Shown one piece after another: positions 13,271 to 26,074 of a DNA stretch of 64,000 bases. Each line of letters opens with the position of its first letter. The first letter of the stretch is position 1. The stretch lies in the NCBI RefSeq assembly GCF_006345805.1, contig NC_043011.1, positions 310,001 through 374,000 on the forward strand, written 5' to 3'. This DNA is from Octopus sinensis. Lineage: Eukaryota. The notes beneath the pieces are model-generated. The model was not told the DNA's origin. It saw only the letters and a list, made by a program, of their open reading frames with translations, and ran no database searches. A program made the translations under genes and the position numbers.

Positions 13271-13444
13271 TTATTCATTTATATATGTATATATATATAC
13301 ATGCCTACACGCACACACACCTCTACGTTCAGTTTATTTACTTAGTCGTACGGGCAGACTTAACAGTTGTATTAATTACGAGCATGTGTGCGGATCAACT
13401 GCAAAAAACGAGGGTGTTATCAATAATAATAATAATAATAATAA

Positions 13445-13482
<38 letters not shown>

Positions 13483-13493
13483 CAATGATAATG

Positions 13494-13706
13494 ATCCTTT
13501 CTATTACAGGCACAAGGCCAGCAATTGCCTGGGAGTGGGTAAGTCGATTACATCGACCCAAGTATTAACTGGTACTTATTTTATCGATCCAGAGAAGATG
13601 AAACGCAAAGACAACCTCGGTGGAATTTGAACTGAGAATGTGAAGACAGATAATATGCCAGAAAGTACATCTCCCAGCGCCCTAACGATTCTGCCAGCTC
13701 TTCGCT
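13494..13706 (-). mobile_element. SINE family A with (ATT)n tail
   Basis: Head, central domain and tail GGCCTTGTGCCTGTAATAGAAAGGATCATT followed by (ATT)n on the sense strand. Confidence 0.85.
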
Positions 13707-13799
13707 TCTTTCCCGAACGACCGGCACAAAGGATTTGATTCTAGCGATCAAATGCATGCGCCACATATTGTGGCTCACTCTCGCTCCATGGTCACTCAG

Positions 13800-14087
13800 A
13801 TCGATGACCATGGAATTGCACCTAGAAAGTGACCCTCCCAGGCACAAGTCCGGGCAAGGTTGTTTGTGGAAGGCCAGCAGTCGCCCATGCATAACAACCT
13901 CCTCTCTCCACATCGCTGATGTTATCCAAGGGAAAGGCAAAGGGGCCGATACAGCTCGGCACGAGCTGAGTCAACTGGAGCAACATGAAATAAAGTGTTT
14001 TGCTCACGAACACAGCATGCAGCCACGTCCGGAAATCAAACTCACAACCTCACGATCGACGCTCCAGCCACTGAGCCATGCGCCTTC
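13800..14087 (-). mobile_element. tRNA-derived CORE-type SINE (family D)
   Basis: Head GGCGCATGGCTCAGTGG, CORE-like GAGCAAAACACTTTATTTCATGTTGCTCCAG; homologous to 53594-53945. Confidence 0.85.
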
Positions 14088-14128
14088 AGTACAGTATATA
14101 TATATATATATATTACAAGTAGAAAGAT

Positions 14129-14253
14129 AAATTTTATTCAACGCGTTGATACTGAACAGTATATAGTTAAAGGATAAAATCTTTTTTTTTTCTTAACGCA
14201 GAAAAGGATTTTATCCTTTTTACTGTTCAGTATCAACGCGTTGAATAAAATTT
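14129..14253. repeat. 125-bp foldback element with perfect 33-bp arms
   Basis: 14129-14161 is the exact reverse complement of 14221-14253; inner 13-bp inverted repeat at 14169-14181/14207-14219. Confidence 0.9.
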
Positions 14254-14379
14254 CAACGCTTACAATACATTTCAACGCTTCGAAAACAAAAATGTTTGCT
14301 TACATACGACGTAATACACACACACACACACACACACACACCACACACACACACACAAAGATATATACATATTGACAGA

Positions 14380-14570
14380 TATTTTGTTGGATGTCCGTTG
14401 ACTACTCAGGAGTTGCTCCATCCTTTGACGGGTCTTATTTCTCATTCAGCAGGGTGTCCATAACACCCTCCTCACCAAGCAAGCCGGGTGATGTTGCCAG
14501 TTTAGTCACCGATGACCCAACCATGCGACAGGTTGTACAGGATTTCATGTTACCAGCAGCACTGAAGAGC
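14380..14570 (-). mobile_element. RTE-associated segment (probable 5' UTR), inverted
   Basis: Reverse complement aligns by eye with 60950-61135. Confidence 0.7.
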
Positions 14571-15480
14571 AACCTGATTTCTTGATACAGAAATACACCT
14601 GCAAATTGAGAGGGCAGCAAAAGCATTTGGTGGCTTGGAGTCGCGTTTGGTGCCAGCGCCATATAAATGAGAATACAAAGCTGGCTCTTTACAAATCATT
14701 TGTCTTACCATCCCTGCTGTATTCTTGTGAAACATGGACTTGATATGAAAGGTATTTTAAATTGTTAGAACAATTCCACCAAAAATGCGTTCATCGCATT
14801 TTAAACATTAAATGGAGTTATTTTACTCCAAACAGACGTCCTTGCATCTGCAGGTATCACCCCAATTAAAGCTATGATTTTGAGAAGCCAAATGAGATGT
14901 GTGGCCATATTGTTCGAAGGGCCGATGAACGCATGCCCAAACAGCTGTTTTATGGTGAACTTGCAGAGGGGAAACGCTATCGGCGTAAACCGAAAAAAAG
15001 AAAAATGGTTTAAAGACGGCGTAAGGACTACTATGAACTCACTTGGAATGGGTTCAGAGGACATAGAAACTCTTGCTTCGGATCGAGCTGGATAGTTAAC
15101 CAAAGTGAGGAGTGGAGTGAAAGTGTTTGAAAAACCCATGATAAGCCATGCAAAACTCAAGAGAGATTCAAAGAAGAATGTTACGATCGTGAAGGTGAAT
15201 CGCAATGACCTTTTTTGTGACAGACCATGCCCTTCTTTTGCTGGGCTCAAATCTCATCTGCGAATCCATGGAAAACGAACCTCCACCAACTATTCTACCT
15301 ATATGTCTGTGCACATCTTTAAATGCAGTGTATGTCATAAGGTTTGCAAATCCAACGGAGGCCTCAAAAGACATTTTAAGATCCCCAAAGATCAGAACTT
15401 ATCTGCAGCTCTTGGTGGTCCAAATTGGATGTGCAACCTATGTAGGTGTCTTTTCAGAAGATTGCTTCGGGTTCTGTTCA
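14571..15480 (+). mobile_element. RTE (BovB-like) LINE 3' fragment with C-terminal C2H2-type fingers
   Basis: LLYSCETWT, MPKQLFYGEL..GKR, and fingers CDRPCPSFAGLKSHLRIH and CSVCHKVCKSNGGLKRH; frameshifted. Confidence 0.85.
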
Positions 15481-15681
15481 AACCCCGCCGAAGCCAGCAT
15501 TCCTGTGCATCCTTTCGAGGTCAATGATGAAGCAAAGTGAATTACTGGGAGTCGATGTAATCGACTTGCATCCTCTCCCCGAAAGTGCTGGCCTTCAGGA
15601 GACAGATTGATTATTTACTCGACGTAAATCTTCCAATTCCTCCTCTTTCGCCCTCTTCATTATCATTATCACATAAAGAAA

Positions 15682-15912
15682 GGCGGTGAGCTGGCAGAAT
15701 GGTTGAAATGTCAGGTAGAATGGTTGGCGGTATTTTGTCCGTCTTTATGTTCTGAGTTTAAATTCCGCCGAAGTCGACATTGCCTTTCATCTTTTCTAGG
15801 TCGATAAATTAAGTACCAATGGAACACTGGGGTCGATGTCAACTACTTGGCACCCCACCCCACCCCATCACAATTTCAGGCCTTGTGCCTTCAGTAGAAA
15901 GGATTATTATCA
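15682..15912 (+). mobile_element. SINE family A followed by (GAA)n at 15925-16020
   Basis: Head, central domain and tail GGCCTTGTGCCTTCAGTAGAAAGGATTATT. Confidence 0.85.
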
Positions 15913-16694
15913 TATAAAGAAGACGAAGAAGAAGAAGAAGAAGAAGAAGAAGAAGAAGAAGAAGAAGAAGAAGAAGAAGAAGAAGAAGAAGAAGAAGAAG
16001 AAGAAGAAGAAGAAGAAGAGAAAGTATAGCTTGTCCAACAGAAAAGGAAAGAAAAAGTAAGAAGTAGTAAATAAATATAAAAAATAAAACAACAGTTGTA
16101 GTCAATACAGTCAGGTTTCGACCTTAATATATACACACGCCTAAAATACATACTTAGCCATGACACTATATATACATACGTCCATATATGTGTGTGTGTA
16201 TGTATATATATCTTTTACTTTTCTTTTATATATATAACAGTTTGTGATATATAAATGTTTGTTTATCCATGTATATGTTTGTTTATGTATGTATATATGT
16301 ATATGTGTGTGTCTATTTATATAAAGCAATTCGAAATAACATCAACACTATATATTGAAACGGCAGACAAGTTGTCGTCTGCCACTGTAGACGGTCAAAT
16401 AGCTTTTATTGTAACTCAATGTTTTGATTTGACGAACAGACAGACTGATGAAATGTTTGGCCGCCAACGATCGATGTAAACCATCACAACACAACTACAA
16501 TCATAACACTATCTACTGACATCACAGCCTGACATTTCCACCATTGCCACCACCGCAATCAGCCAGCGGCCGACTCTCTACGTGGTCACCCTGTTTGCTA
16601 GAAAGAGTAGGCATGACCCCGCTCGTCTCGTCTCGCACCTTATTGTTTTAAAAAGGTAAGAAGAAACTGACAGATTTAATTGTTTGCTTAAGAA

Positions 16695-16826
16695 GATCGC
16701 TTCGCAGGCATGTAGTACTGGGTTCAGTTCCACTGAGTGGTACCTTGGGCAAGTATCTTGTTTATTGTCCCAGACTGACCAATGACTTGCGAGTGAATTT
16801 GATTCACGGAAACTGCGAGGACCCCT

Positions 16827-16830
<4 letters not shown>
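16695..16830 (+). mobile_element. SINE family B, 5' half
   Basis: GGGTTCAGTTCCACTGAGTGGTACCTTGGGCAAGT..ACGGAAACTG, then (TG)n. Confidence 0.7.
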
Positions 16831-16877
<47 letters not shown>

Positions 16878-18287
16878 CTTTGCTCTTAAGGCAGCTGGAT
16901 TTGGGTCGATCTTGGGTTAAACAATAGCAACAGTAAATAAGGGTCTCTAACTTGAACTCTGTATAACGAATCATTAAGAAAGAAATGACATCGACCCGAA
17001 TGTATGACTGGTATTTATTTTATCGACCAGCAAAAATGATGGAAAGCCGATCTTAAACGCCGAACGTTGATGAATGTAACAACATAACAAAACATTTGTT
17101 TGGTGCTCCATCGGTTCTGGCATCAAATTTATTGTTTAATTACAGCGATGACTTCTAACAATCACTCATATATTTGTGATTGGGTGCTGGGTAGGCTCAG
17201 CTCACTCGATTTTGCATTCAGCAAATGACAGACGCTTATTTCATTTACATTGGTGCGATTTGAACTGAGAACGCAAAGTAACGTGGATGTATATATTACA
17301 AGACATTTCACCTGCCACCCTGCCGACTTTGCCACTCGCCACTCACCACCAATACTCATTACGATCACCACTCGCAGTCCATGCTTATCATTACCATCAT
17401 CAGTGGCGGTGGTGGAGATGGTGACGGCAGTGGAGATGGTAATGAATCTGCAGACCGTAACAAATGACAAAAACAATCTCCCCTTACAACATTAGTATGC
17501 GATGGTGGAAGGAGATTATTGAAAATATGAGAACATTTTAACAAATCAGTTATTAATTGCTATACACTTCCTCGACAACTCACGCTGCATTTTACAGGCA
17601 TTGTAGTCTATGTTAGTGAGATAAGTACTATATTAATTATTGCCGAAGCAATTATATGAATATATAAACAAATATACAACAATTATATAACAAGTATCTA
17701 TAATATGACGAAGATCTAAGGGTTTTAACTTAAAGCCAAGATAATGATGTCACATCAGTCAAAGTAATGTCATTACATTACTATTATTTCTGTAAAGGAT
17801 AAGCCGTGCATTGCTTATAATATGTTCCACAATAAACATTTACCTGGGCAACACATCCAGTCTGGGTATAGAGCAGTGGAAGCGATAACATTTGCCAGGG
17901 AGAAAATTACACAAACAAGCGTTGTACATATGTTACGCAGAGTAATTTCAAATTAAGAAAAAATATATATAAAATGGCAAGAAAAACAGCCACAAATATT
18001 GTAAAAATCTAAAACACACAGAGATTATTTAGTGTTAATTTTGAAATAAAAGATGTTGGGGCTTAAACATTCAAGATGTGAATAACAGCCATTATTTAAG
18101 GTTATAAAGTACAGCCATATTGTTGCCATATTTTTCCATGTATCGCTCGATCAGGTTGAAAGTAACCATTTTAATACGTTCGTCATATGTATGTATAATT
18201 ATATACGTATGTATGCATAGGAATATACAAACATACATACATATATAGATGTAGATATAGATAAACTTACCAATTCGTGCCCACCTA

Positions 18288-18321
<34 letters not shown>

Positions 18322-18452
18322 GTGCGCGCGCGCGTATGTGCCTATGTATATCTCTATATATATATATGTCTTATATATGTTCATATATGCATATATATAT
18401 ATATGTGTGTGTGCATATATATATACATACATATATACATACATACACACAT

Positions 18453-18487
<35 letters not shown>

Positions 18488-18569
18488 TACATATACATAC
18501 ACATTCATGCTTACACACGCATGATACATTTGTGATTAGAGATATGAACGTAATTAACATGTGTATGTA

Positions 18570-18618
<49 letters not shown>

Positions 18619-19142
18619 GAGCACGTATACACGCACACATATATTTCTATCTAACAGTTTATCTATCCATCTGTATATTTAAAATGTGTGTGTGTGTATG
18701 CAAATATCAGCATATTTTCTTATGTATGCAAATATAGTTTTACCTTAGTATGTTCTCCATTATTTAGTGAAAGTCGTCAGCGTTTGTATCATGTGTGCGT
18801 TTATGTTTCTGTGCATGTGTGTATATGTTTGTATGTTTGAATATACAAATGTGTGTGGGTGTGTTTGTACGTAAGCATCTGAACTGAAATGGTGTTTCTC
18901 TTAACACTCCAGCATGTAATTAAAATACGTCAATAGATTTTATTATAAACACATGGAGATATTATGTAACCGTTTAAAAGTTCGGAAATACAGAAATATA
19001 TATGTTACGTTGCGTTGATTAGGTGTGAAGCGGGCTAAGTCGCACGTTTCGGGCAATTGCTTTTCTTCAGTGAAAGGGATAGCTAGATAACTAGATAGAT
19101 AGGCAGACAGATAGAGAAAGACGGATAGAGATAGATAGATAG

Positions 19143-19173
<31 letters not shown>

Positions 19174-20310
19174 TGTGTGTGTGTGTATGTGTGTATAAAA
19201 GACAATACTATAACCAAAGAAAGCCCACCACATTACATTTTTCACAGCTTTCTTTTCCCCATCGCTTTTATACGAGTACATTATTAACTCGTGTACTCTA
19301 CTCCTGTTCTTTCTCACTCGAAAGACGAGTCTCGGATTTTCCCTTCTTCACAGCAAATCACTTCACTGGATTTTTTTCGACAAACCTTCAGGATTAACTT
19401 TTGCCCACAGAGACTCCACCATTCGCTTCTTTAACTTCCCGCTTTGACCTTCTGCACAAATACATAGTTGTCTTAAAATGCCGCCCGGTTAAACATCCCC
19501 GGTTGGTTATTCGGTGTCTTTTGTCGTGTCAGCTTTATTATAGTCCTTCAGCCTAGACCTCCGCTCTTATGATAATTTCCTTTCTCCTTACTGTTAATTC
19601 CTGGAGCCCTGAAAGTTGTGCTGAGTTATGTCCTTCCGCTTCTGACAAAGCTTTACAACGTCCACTGTTGACGATGAGCTTCGTAATCGGGGAATGAAAC
19701 GGTTTTAGTTCTCGTCCGCGTTTCTTTTCACCTGGATGGTCATGCCTCAGAAAAAGAAGCATGAATATCGCAACAACTTATTTCTGAATTTCCTTAGAAA
19801 TTGTTGGTTTGATCTGCTAAAAATTACAATCAAGTCTCCGTCTAATCACACCCTGCCATCTTAAGAACAGAAGGACATTGCCATATGTAGTACAAGATAG
19901 ACTAGGTACGAAAAGACAGGATGGTCATGGTTGGATTACCTTTGATCAATGGTCTGCTCGATCAAGACCATCGTAGGATTAAATAGCAAGTGTATTTTTT
20001 TCTATTCTGGTATCACCGAAAACTGAGTCTTCGGAGCCAAGTCAATCCACGCCCGTGACATTAAAGTGTTTGGATCCTCCAATCCAGGCTCTCCATTAAA
20101 CTACGGTTTTATCTTTGATCGTAAATAAGACAAATTTTCTATACTGGCACAATTTAGAAGCGGGACACTGCAAGTGAAAGTCGTTAACTGTAAAGCGAGC
20201 TATTTCTCTAGAACTAGTAGATACAAAAGCAATTCCTTACCAACATCAATTTCCTTTTTAGGTTCACCTTAAGGCGATGCTGAAGCATCTGGAAGCAGAG
20301 CTGTGTATGT

Positions 20311-23300
20311 CATCATCATCATTGTTCGACCGTGGTCGAGACAATGGAATTTACCATGTTGCGCCAGACTTCACGGTCCATCATAGCATTACGGAGGTCC
20401 TGTTGCTAGATGCCTGTATCCCTGGAGATTACATCAGGGTAGGAGAGTGTGCGCCCTCTGGTGTTGCGAGTAGATGGCTTCCAGAGGAGAAGAGTAGAAA
20501 TTACTTCTTTTTCAGCTCTACAACAATGTCCAGCAAACTGGACTCTCCTACCTTTCACAGAGATGACACAGGTGGTAATTTCCCATATATTTGCATTTTA
20601 GTTGGATGGCGCCTCCACGAGAGATTTTGAGCTCTCATAAGGAGGCGAGTGTAGGTTCCATCCAACCGCCTCTCAAGCTTCTTTGATAACGTCCAGGTTT
20701 CTGAGCCATATAGTAGAATTGGTTCGACTGTGGCTTTGAATATTTCAAGTTTGAAGTCTCTACTTAGATTTGATGACCAGATCTTATGCATGTCATTACA
20801 GGCTGACCAGGCCATACCCTTTCTAGTGAGAAAGTCTTTCCCAGATGATGATATGTATGACCCAACATATTTGTAATCAGAAACCATATTTAAGGGCGCA
20901 TTGTTGAGAGTATGGATGATGCAATCACTGTTGGACAGGCACTTGTTTATGTATTCAGTTTTGGCCTCATTGAGGTAAAGACCTACACAATTTGAGGATT
21001 GTTCAAGAGATTGTAAAAGAGACTGGGCATTGGAGAGAGAATCACTGATAAGAGCGATGTCGTCAGCAAAGTCAGTGTCTGTCAAGTACTCAGCTGGGTG
21101 TCTGGAACTTCTTTCAAAGCCCTTGCCAGAGATGGTATCAACTGACATACGTAGCACATAATCAACAACAATGATGAAAAGAAATGGGGCGAGTGTGTCT
21201 CCCTGCAGTATTCCGGCCTCGATCGAGAAAGATGATGTTTCTCCATCAGGGGTTAAGATGGTTGAAGACGTATCTGTGTAGAGGACCTTGATGGCAGAAA
21301 TAATTTTGTCTGGTATCCCATAGAGCTTAAGGATTTCAAACATCTTGTACCTATCTACAGAATCGAACGCTTTAGAAAAGTCTACAAATACCATTGCAAG
21401 ATCGCGATAAATGCTTTTGATTCTTCAATAAGTCTGCGCAGGCATAGTATCTGGCTCAGCGTTGAGCGCCCATGTCTGAATCCATTTTGGTTCTTTCGGA
21501 GCAAAGGTTCAACAAAAAAGGACAAGACGATTTAGGATCAGTTTGTTGTACAGTTTTGCAGCAATTGACATTAGAGATATGCCCCTGTAGTTGGTGACGA
21601 GGGACAAATCGCCTTTTTTGGGTATTGGAATGATTTGAGATTGGTGCCAAATCTTTGGAGCGACAAAGGTGGAAAGTTTGTGGTTGCAGAGGTTAAGCAA
21701 AAGTGTGTGAAATCTATCATCCTTCCAAATCACAGCCGGAATGTTGTCGGGACCAAATGCTTTCGAGGCTTTTAGTTGCTTGGTGGCTGCTGTTAGTTCA
21801 AATATGGTAAAAGGGGGGTGTTGATGTCCAGCGTGTCTGATATAGGCACACTTGGGAGAGTGGGGTTATCAGGGATTTTGGCATTCTTCCCAAGGAGGTT
21901 TTTAAAATGGGTTGACCAATTTTCTAAACGCTTCTTAGCTGATCCCCTTTAATTCTAATTGATGACCAGAATTTTTGCCTGATAGGTCTTTGATGGATTT
22001 CCAGGCGAGATGGTGTTTTTTAATAATGTGCTCTTTCGATAGTTTACTAATTTGCCATTGATAAATTCGACCTCGGCGTTCAAGTAAGCCTCATCAAGAT
22101 TCTCCTGGCAGCTATGAGTTGGATCTTCAGTGACTGGGATGGAGAACGGTGGTAAGCTAGTGATATAGACTTTAGATGGTTTCTGGCTTCGATGACATTT
22201 GGGGAATTAGAAGGTTTGCTCTGGCCCCTACTCTTCCTTTTGGGAAGAGTAGCCAGTGCAACTTCCTCTGTTGATTTGATGAGGCTGCTGTATACTTCCT
22301 CAATGTTCTCAGCATCTATTTCAGAAGTAGACAGAGATTGAAATTTGTTATAGACCTCAATAGTAAATTGTTTGGACATATCGGGGTTAGATAAGACTTC
22401 CTCCCAGTCGATCATTTTGATCGGGTGAGGCTTAGTTTTTTTGGATGAGCGAAGACTAAGCTTAACGGTAGCTGATACAATTCTGTGGTCAGAGCCGACA
22501 GAACTAAAGGAAGAGTAGGATCTCGAGCCCTTAAACACTATTGCGCCATTTCTTTCGAAAGATGAGGTAGTCAATTTGTGCCCTATCACCAAGTGGGGAC
22601 TCAAATGTCCAAAGTTGACCTTTTGGTTCATAAAAGAATTGTTGGAGGTGTAGAGATTAAATTCCTCAAGAAGTCTTTGAGCATTTCTCCGTTCCGATGG
22701 TTTTAGAGTTGAAAGTAAACTTGGTCTCATCGGTCCTAGTCTAGCATTCAGATCACCAGCTATAACCAGAAAATTATGGAGAGGTACTTGCTCAATGGTT
22801 GAACGAAGGGTTGTATAGAAATTTTCAATTTCGTCTGCCACAGACGAATTATGTGGGCTATACACACATACCAATGTTGTTTTTGGGTTTCCATCTATCT
22901 CAAGCACCATAATTCTTGGTGAGATTGACTCTATACTCAAGAGAGTATCACTAGCCTTTGATGAAAGTAGAAATCCGATACCTCCAACTGTTGAATTAAC
23001 AGTATTCTCTGATGCTGAGGAGGTTACAAGTTGATAAGGACCGACTTGATGGTATTTGAGGATGTTGTCAGGGTGGTAAAATCGGTGTTCTTGGACAGCT
23101 ATTATATCAATGCCATGTGATTCTGCATTTGCACCAAGTTCTTCTAGACGGCAAGAGAGCGAGGGTGCGGGCATTGAGGGTGCTGAGATTATCGTATGAT
23201 TTTTACAGCTGATGAGGTGTTTGTTTGGTGTTGTTTGGTTGGGGGCTGACTCTTCTCCATCAGTGATACCCGTCTGTTAAGATTGAGGGCATCACCGTCA

Positions 23301-23675
23301 ATGGATGCCCTTGGAGGTGCAACATGATCAGAGACAGGACCCGCAAAAGCAGGGGCTGGACCTACATCCGCAGGTATACCATTAGGTCTGGTTCCCTGGG
23401 GAAGAGGAACCTGGTGCAGTTAATTGTAAATTCCATAGTCTTTTCAAATGGCTAATAATGTGTGCGCGCGCCACTACTACACACATTGGAAAGCATTGTA
23501 CAACCAAGTACTAAAGAAGATCTTTCCTACTCCATGAAACAAAGCTGTTCCCGCTGGACGTCAACCCAGTACTTCTAAGCTACGGGCTGAGTGATTTATT
23601 GTAAGGTTATCTCCCTAGATAGATTGCCTTCACTACGGCTAAGGAGCCCTTTCTACCCCACTGACACAGGTTGTA
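20311..23675 (-). mobile_element. Full-length RTE-clade LINE (APE endonuclease plus RT), frameshifted
   Basis: APE IDIIAVQEHR and AGDLNARLG (22080-23174); RT DFSKAFDS, GILQGDTLAP, DFADD and LYGSETW (20555-21394); (TGA)n tail; 10-bp direct repeat CTGTGTATGT at 20301-20310 and 23676-23685. Confidence 0.93.
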
Positions 23676-23986
23676 CTGTGTATGTGGCGCTGCTATTATT
23701 GTTTAGATCCAGAAAGAGAAACTGCTGGTCACCTCTGCTGGATAATGAAATATCAGTTAGTCTGGTAGAGTTTCGGTTGTTAAAAGCCATGTTGCATACA
23801 ATTATGTGATACCCATATACAAACTATGCTGACTGGTCTGTTGAGAATCAAATATTTTGGCCATGGAATCGGATAATAACTTAGCGGTGACGGAGTACAA
23901 CTTGATTAGTTTTCATCTGGTTTCTTCGACTGTTTATCATCCACCAATTTACATTTCATATTCTCATCAACAACCGTTTAAATTTA

Positions 23987-25450
23987 CACTGAACCGCAAA
24001 AGATTTTTTAGGTGTCATTTTTATATGGAAATTCATTTCGGGGATGTAAGTGTAAATATTCCAAGGCATGCTGGTTTACGGCTGAGACCCAAATTGCGGC
24101 TAACCTTTTAACGAGATGCCAAAATGCAGCTGCGTTGAATGCCGTGGGTGTCAGTCGTAAACAGTTGTCATGGAAACTGAAATGCACGTGCATTTCGTGG
24201 AGGTTATGGGTATAAAAATCAACGCGACCCGCGTTCTTGGCATTTGTAATTTGGATGCATCAGGTATGACCCGATTGTCAGCAGTGCAGAGAGAACAAGT
24301 TATCGGCCAATTGCAAGCAGGGCAGCGTGCCCTGGTTGTTGCAAATGCTTCTAATGTCCATGTCAGCACCATCTATCGCCTGCAACAGCGACACAACAAC
24401 ACCAGCAGCACTGCAGACTGTGCCTTCAGAGGGCGCCCCCGGGTAACCACACCCAGGCAGGACCGCTTCATCCACCTGCAACACCTCCGTAATTGCTTCA
24501 GACTGGCCAGCGTGAGAGCTTCGCGAGACCATTGGCACTGGACAGCGACCCATCAGCGACGACACAGTACGACGTTGACTGGCCACCAACGTCGTCCTGC
24601 TCGAGGGCCTGTCTTCACCGCCCGCCACCATGAAGCACGACTACAGTGCGCTACACAGCGCCGACATTCGCAGCATCAACAATGGAGTCGTCTCTGGCGA
24701 GAGCTGGTACTGAGTTTCCACCTAGGGTGGCAGAGTGAGGGTGTGGTGAAGGAAGGGAAACGCTACAGAGACGCATGTGTCATGGAGCGAGACACGTGGG
24801 CTGGCCAAAGCATCATGGCTTAGGATGCTAAAGGCCTGAATCAGAGAATAGGGTCCCATGTGTTCCAAGATGTTGGTGCAAGCAGAGGGAATGACATCAC
24901 ATACGTTGACCAGATCGTGCCCTTCTTCGCGCGTCACCATAGCCATGTGTTCCAGCAGGACAATGTTCCCTCCCACACGGTTGGGTTCACCATGGACTTT
25001 CTGCGTCAGCACAACATCAGAACAGTGTCGTAGCCGGCTCTCAGCCCGGATTTGAAACCAATTGAACATTTGTGGGATGAAATCCAGAGACGGCTGAACC
25101 AGGGGGTCCCAAGGCCAACAACTCATGTGGAACTGAATGGAGCTTTTCTCAGGGTGTGGACACAGGTGCCAATGGCTTTTGTGAACCGTCTCATGCACTC
25201 CATGTACCGACGGTGTATGGCCGTTTTGAACACCCAAGGAGGGCATACATGGTATTGAACATCGCGCCCTACAATCTCGATGTGCTGGATCCGCCCACAA
25301 CCAGAACACATGACAAAGACCCATAGACTGTGGCCAAAGTGCATCCAAGAAATTGACTTTATCAAAGTTATCAAGATTTATCTCTGACATAATGAAATCA
25401 AAACATATTTCACAGTCACACACGTCACGCGTTTCTTTTGTGGTTCGGTG
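23987..25450 (+). mobile_element. Tc1-like DNA transposon with disrupted transposase
   Basis: TIRs CACTGAACCGCAAAAGA and (reverse complement) CACCGAACCACAAAAGA, 15/17 match; TA on the left; HTH region ending RGRPRVTTPRQDR; FQQDN and SPDLKPIEHLWD motifs. Confidence 0.9.
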
Positions 25451-25892
25451 GAAGTCTCAACTGCCTCAGCATTACACAATCACTCTTATACACATTTTCT
25501 AATGTAAAAACAAGGACAAGTATTTGAATGTTGTGTCGTTGGGAAGTCGAGAAGTCCTTATAACATAGAAAACACATAACAATAATTATATTTCAATATA
25601 TTTTCATTGATATAGTATTTGCTTGATATTGCTACTAATTTTTCCACACAATTAACTGGAGAACATTTCTTAAATATAACAGCGGTGCATCAGCATGGCC
25701 GCAGCTCTGAGCTGAAACTATAGAAGTAGAAAAAAAGGATAAGAGAATCGTCTTGTTTTACTGTTTTTAGAATAGAATAGAAAAAAAAAAGTCTTAAAAA
25801 AGAGAGCTGTCCCGTCGTCATCGCAGCCGTGGCTACCCGCAGAAATAACAAATAAATGAATGACAATAATTTTGTTCTGGTGAAACACTCAC

Positions 25893-25951
25893 AATGGCTC
25901 TTCTTCACCTGTTTTGTCAGTTAAACTGTCAACAGATATCGAAACCGCCAT
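25893..25951 (-). CDS. Possible short first coding exon (MAVSISVDSLTDKTGEEEP)
   Basis: CACAAAATGGCG start context, 59 nt open, then a GTGAGT donor, in unique CpG-containing DNA. No homology recognised and no downstream exon found. Confidence 0.25.
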
Positions 25952-26038
25952 TTTGTGAAGTTTTGATTGATGATGTAAGGTAGCATCTGTGTATGCACGT
26001 GGGACGGGCGTGGGGGAAGGGTCCAAGTTAGCGTCTGC

Positions 26039-26074
<36 letters not shown>

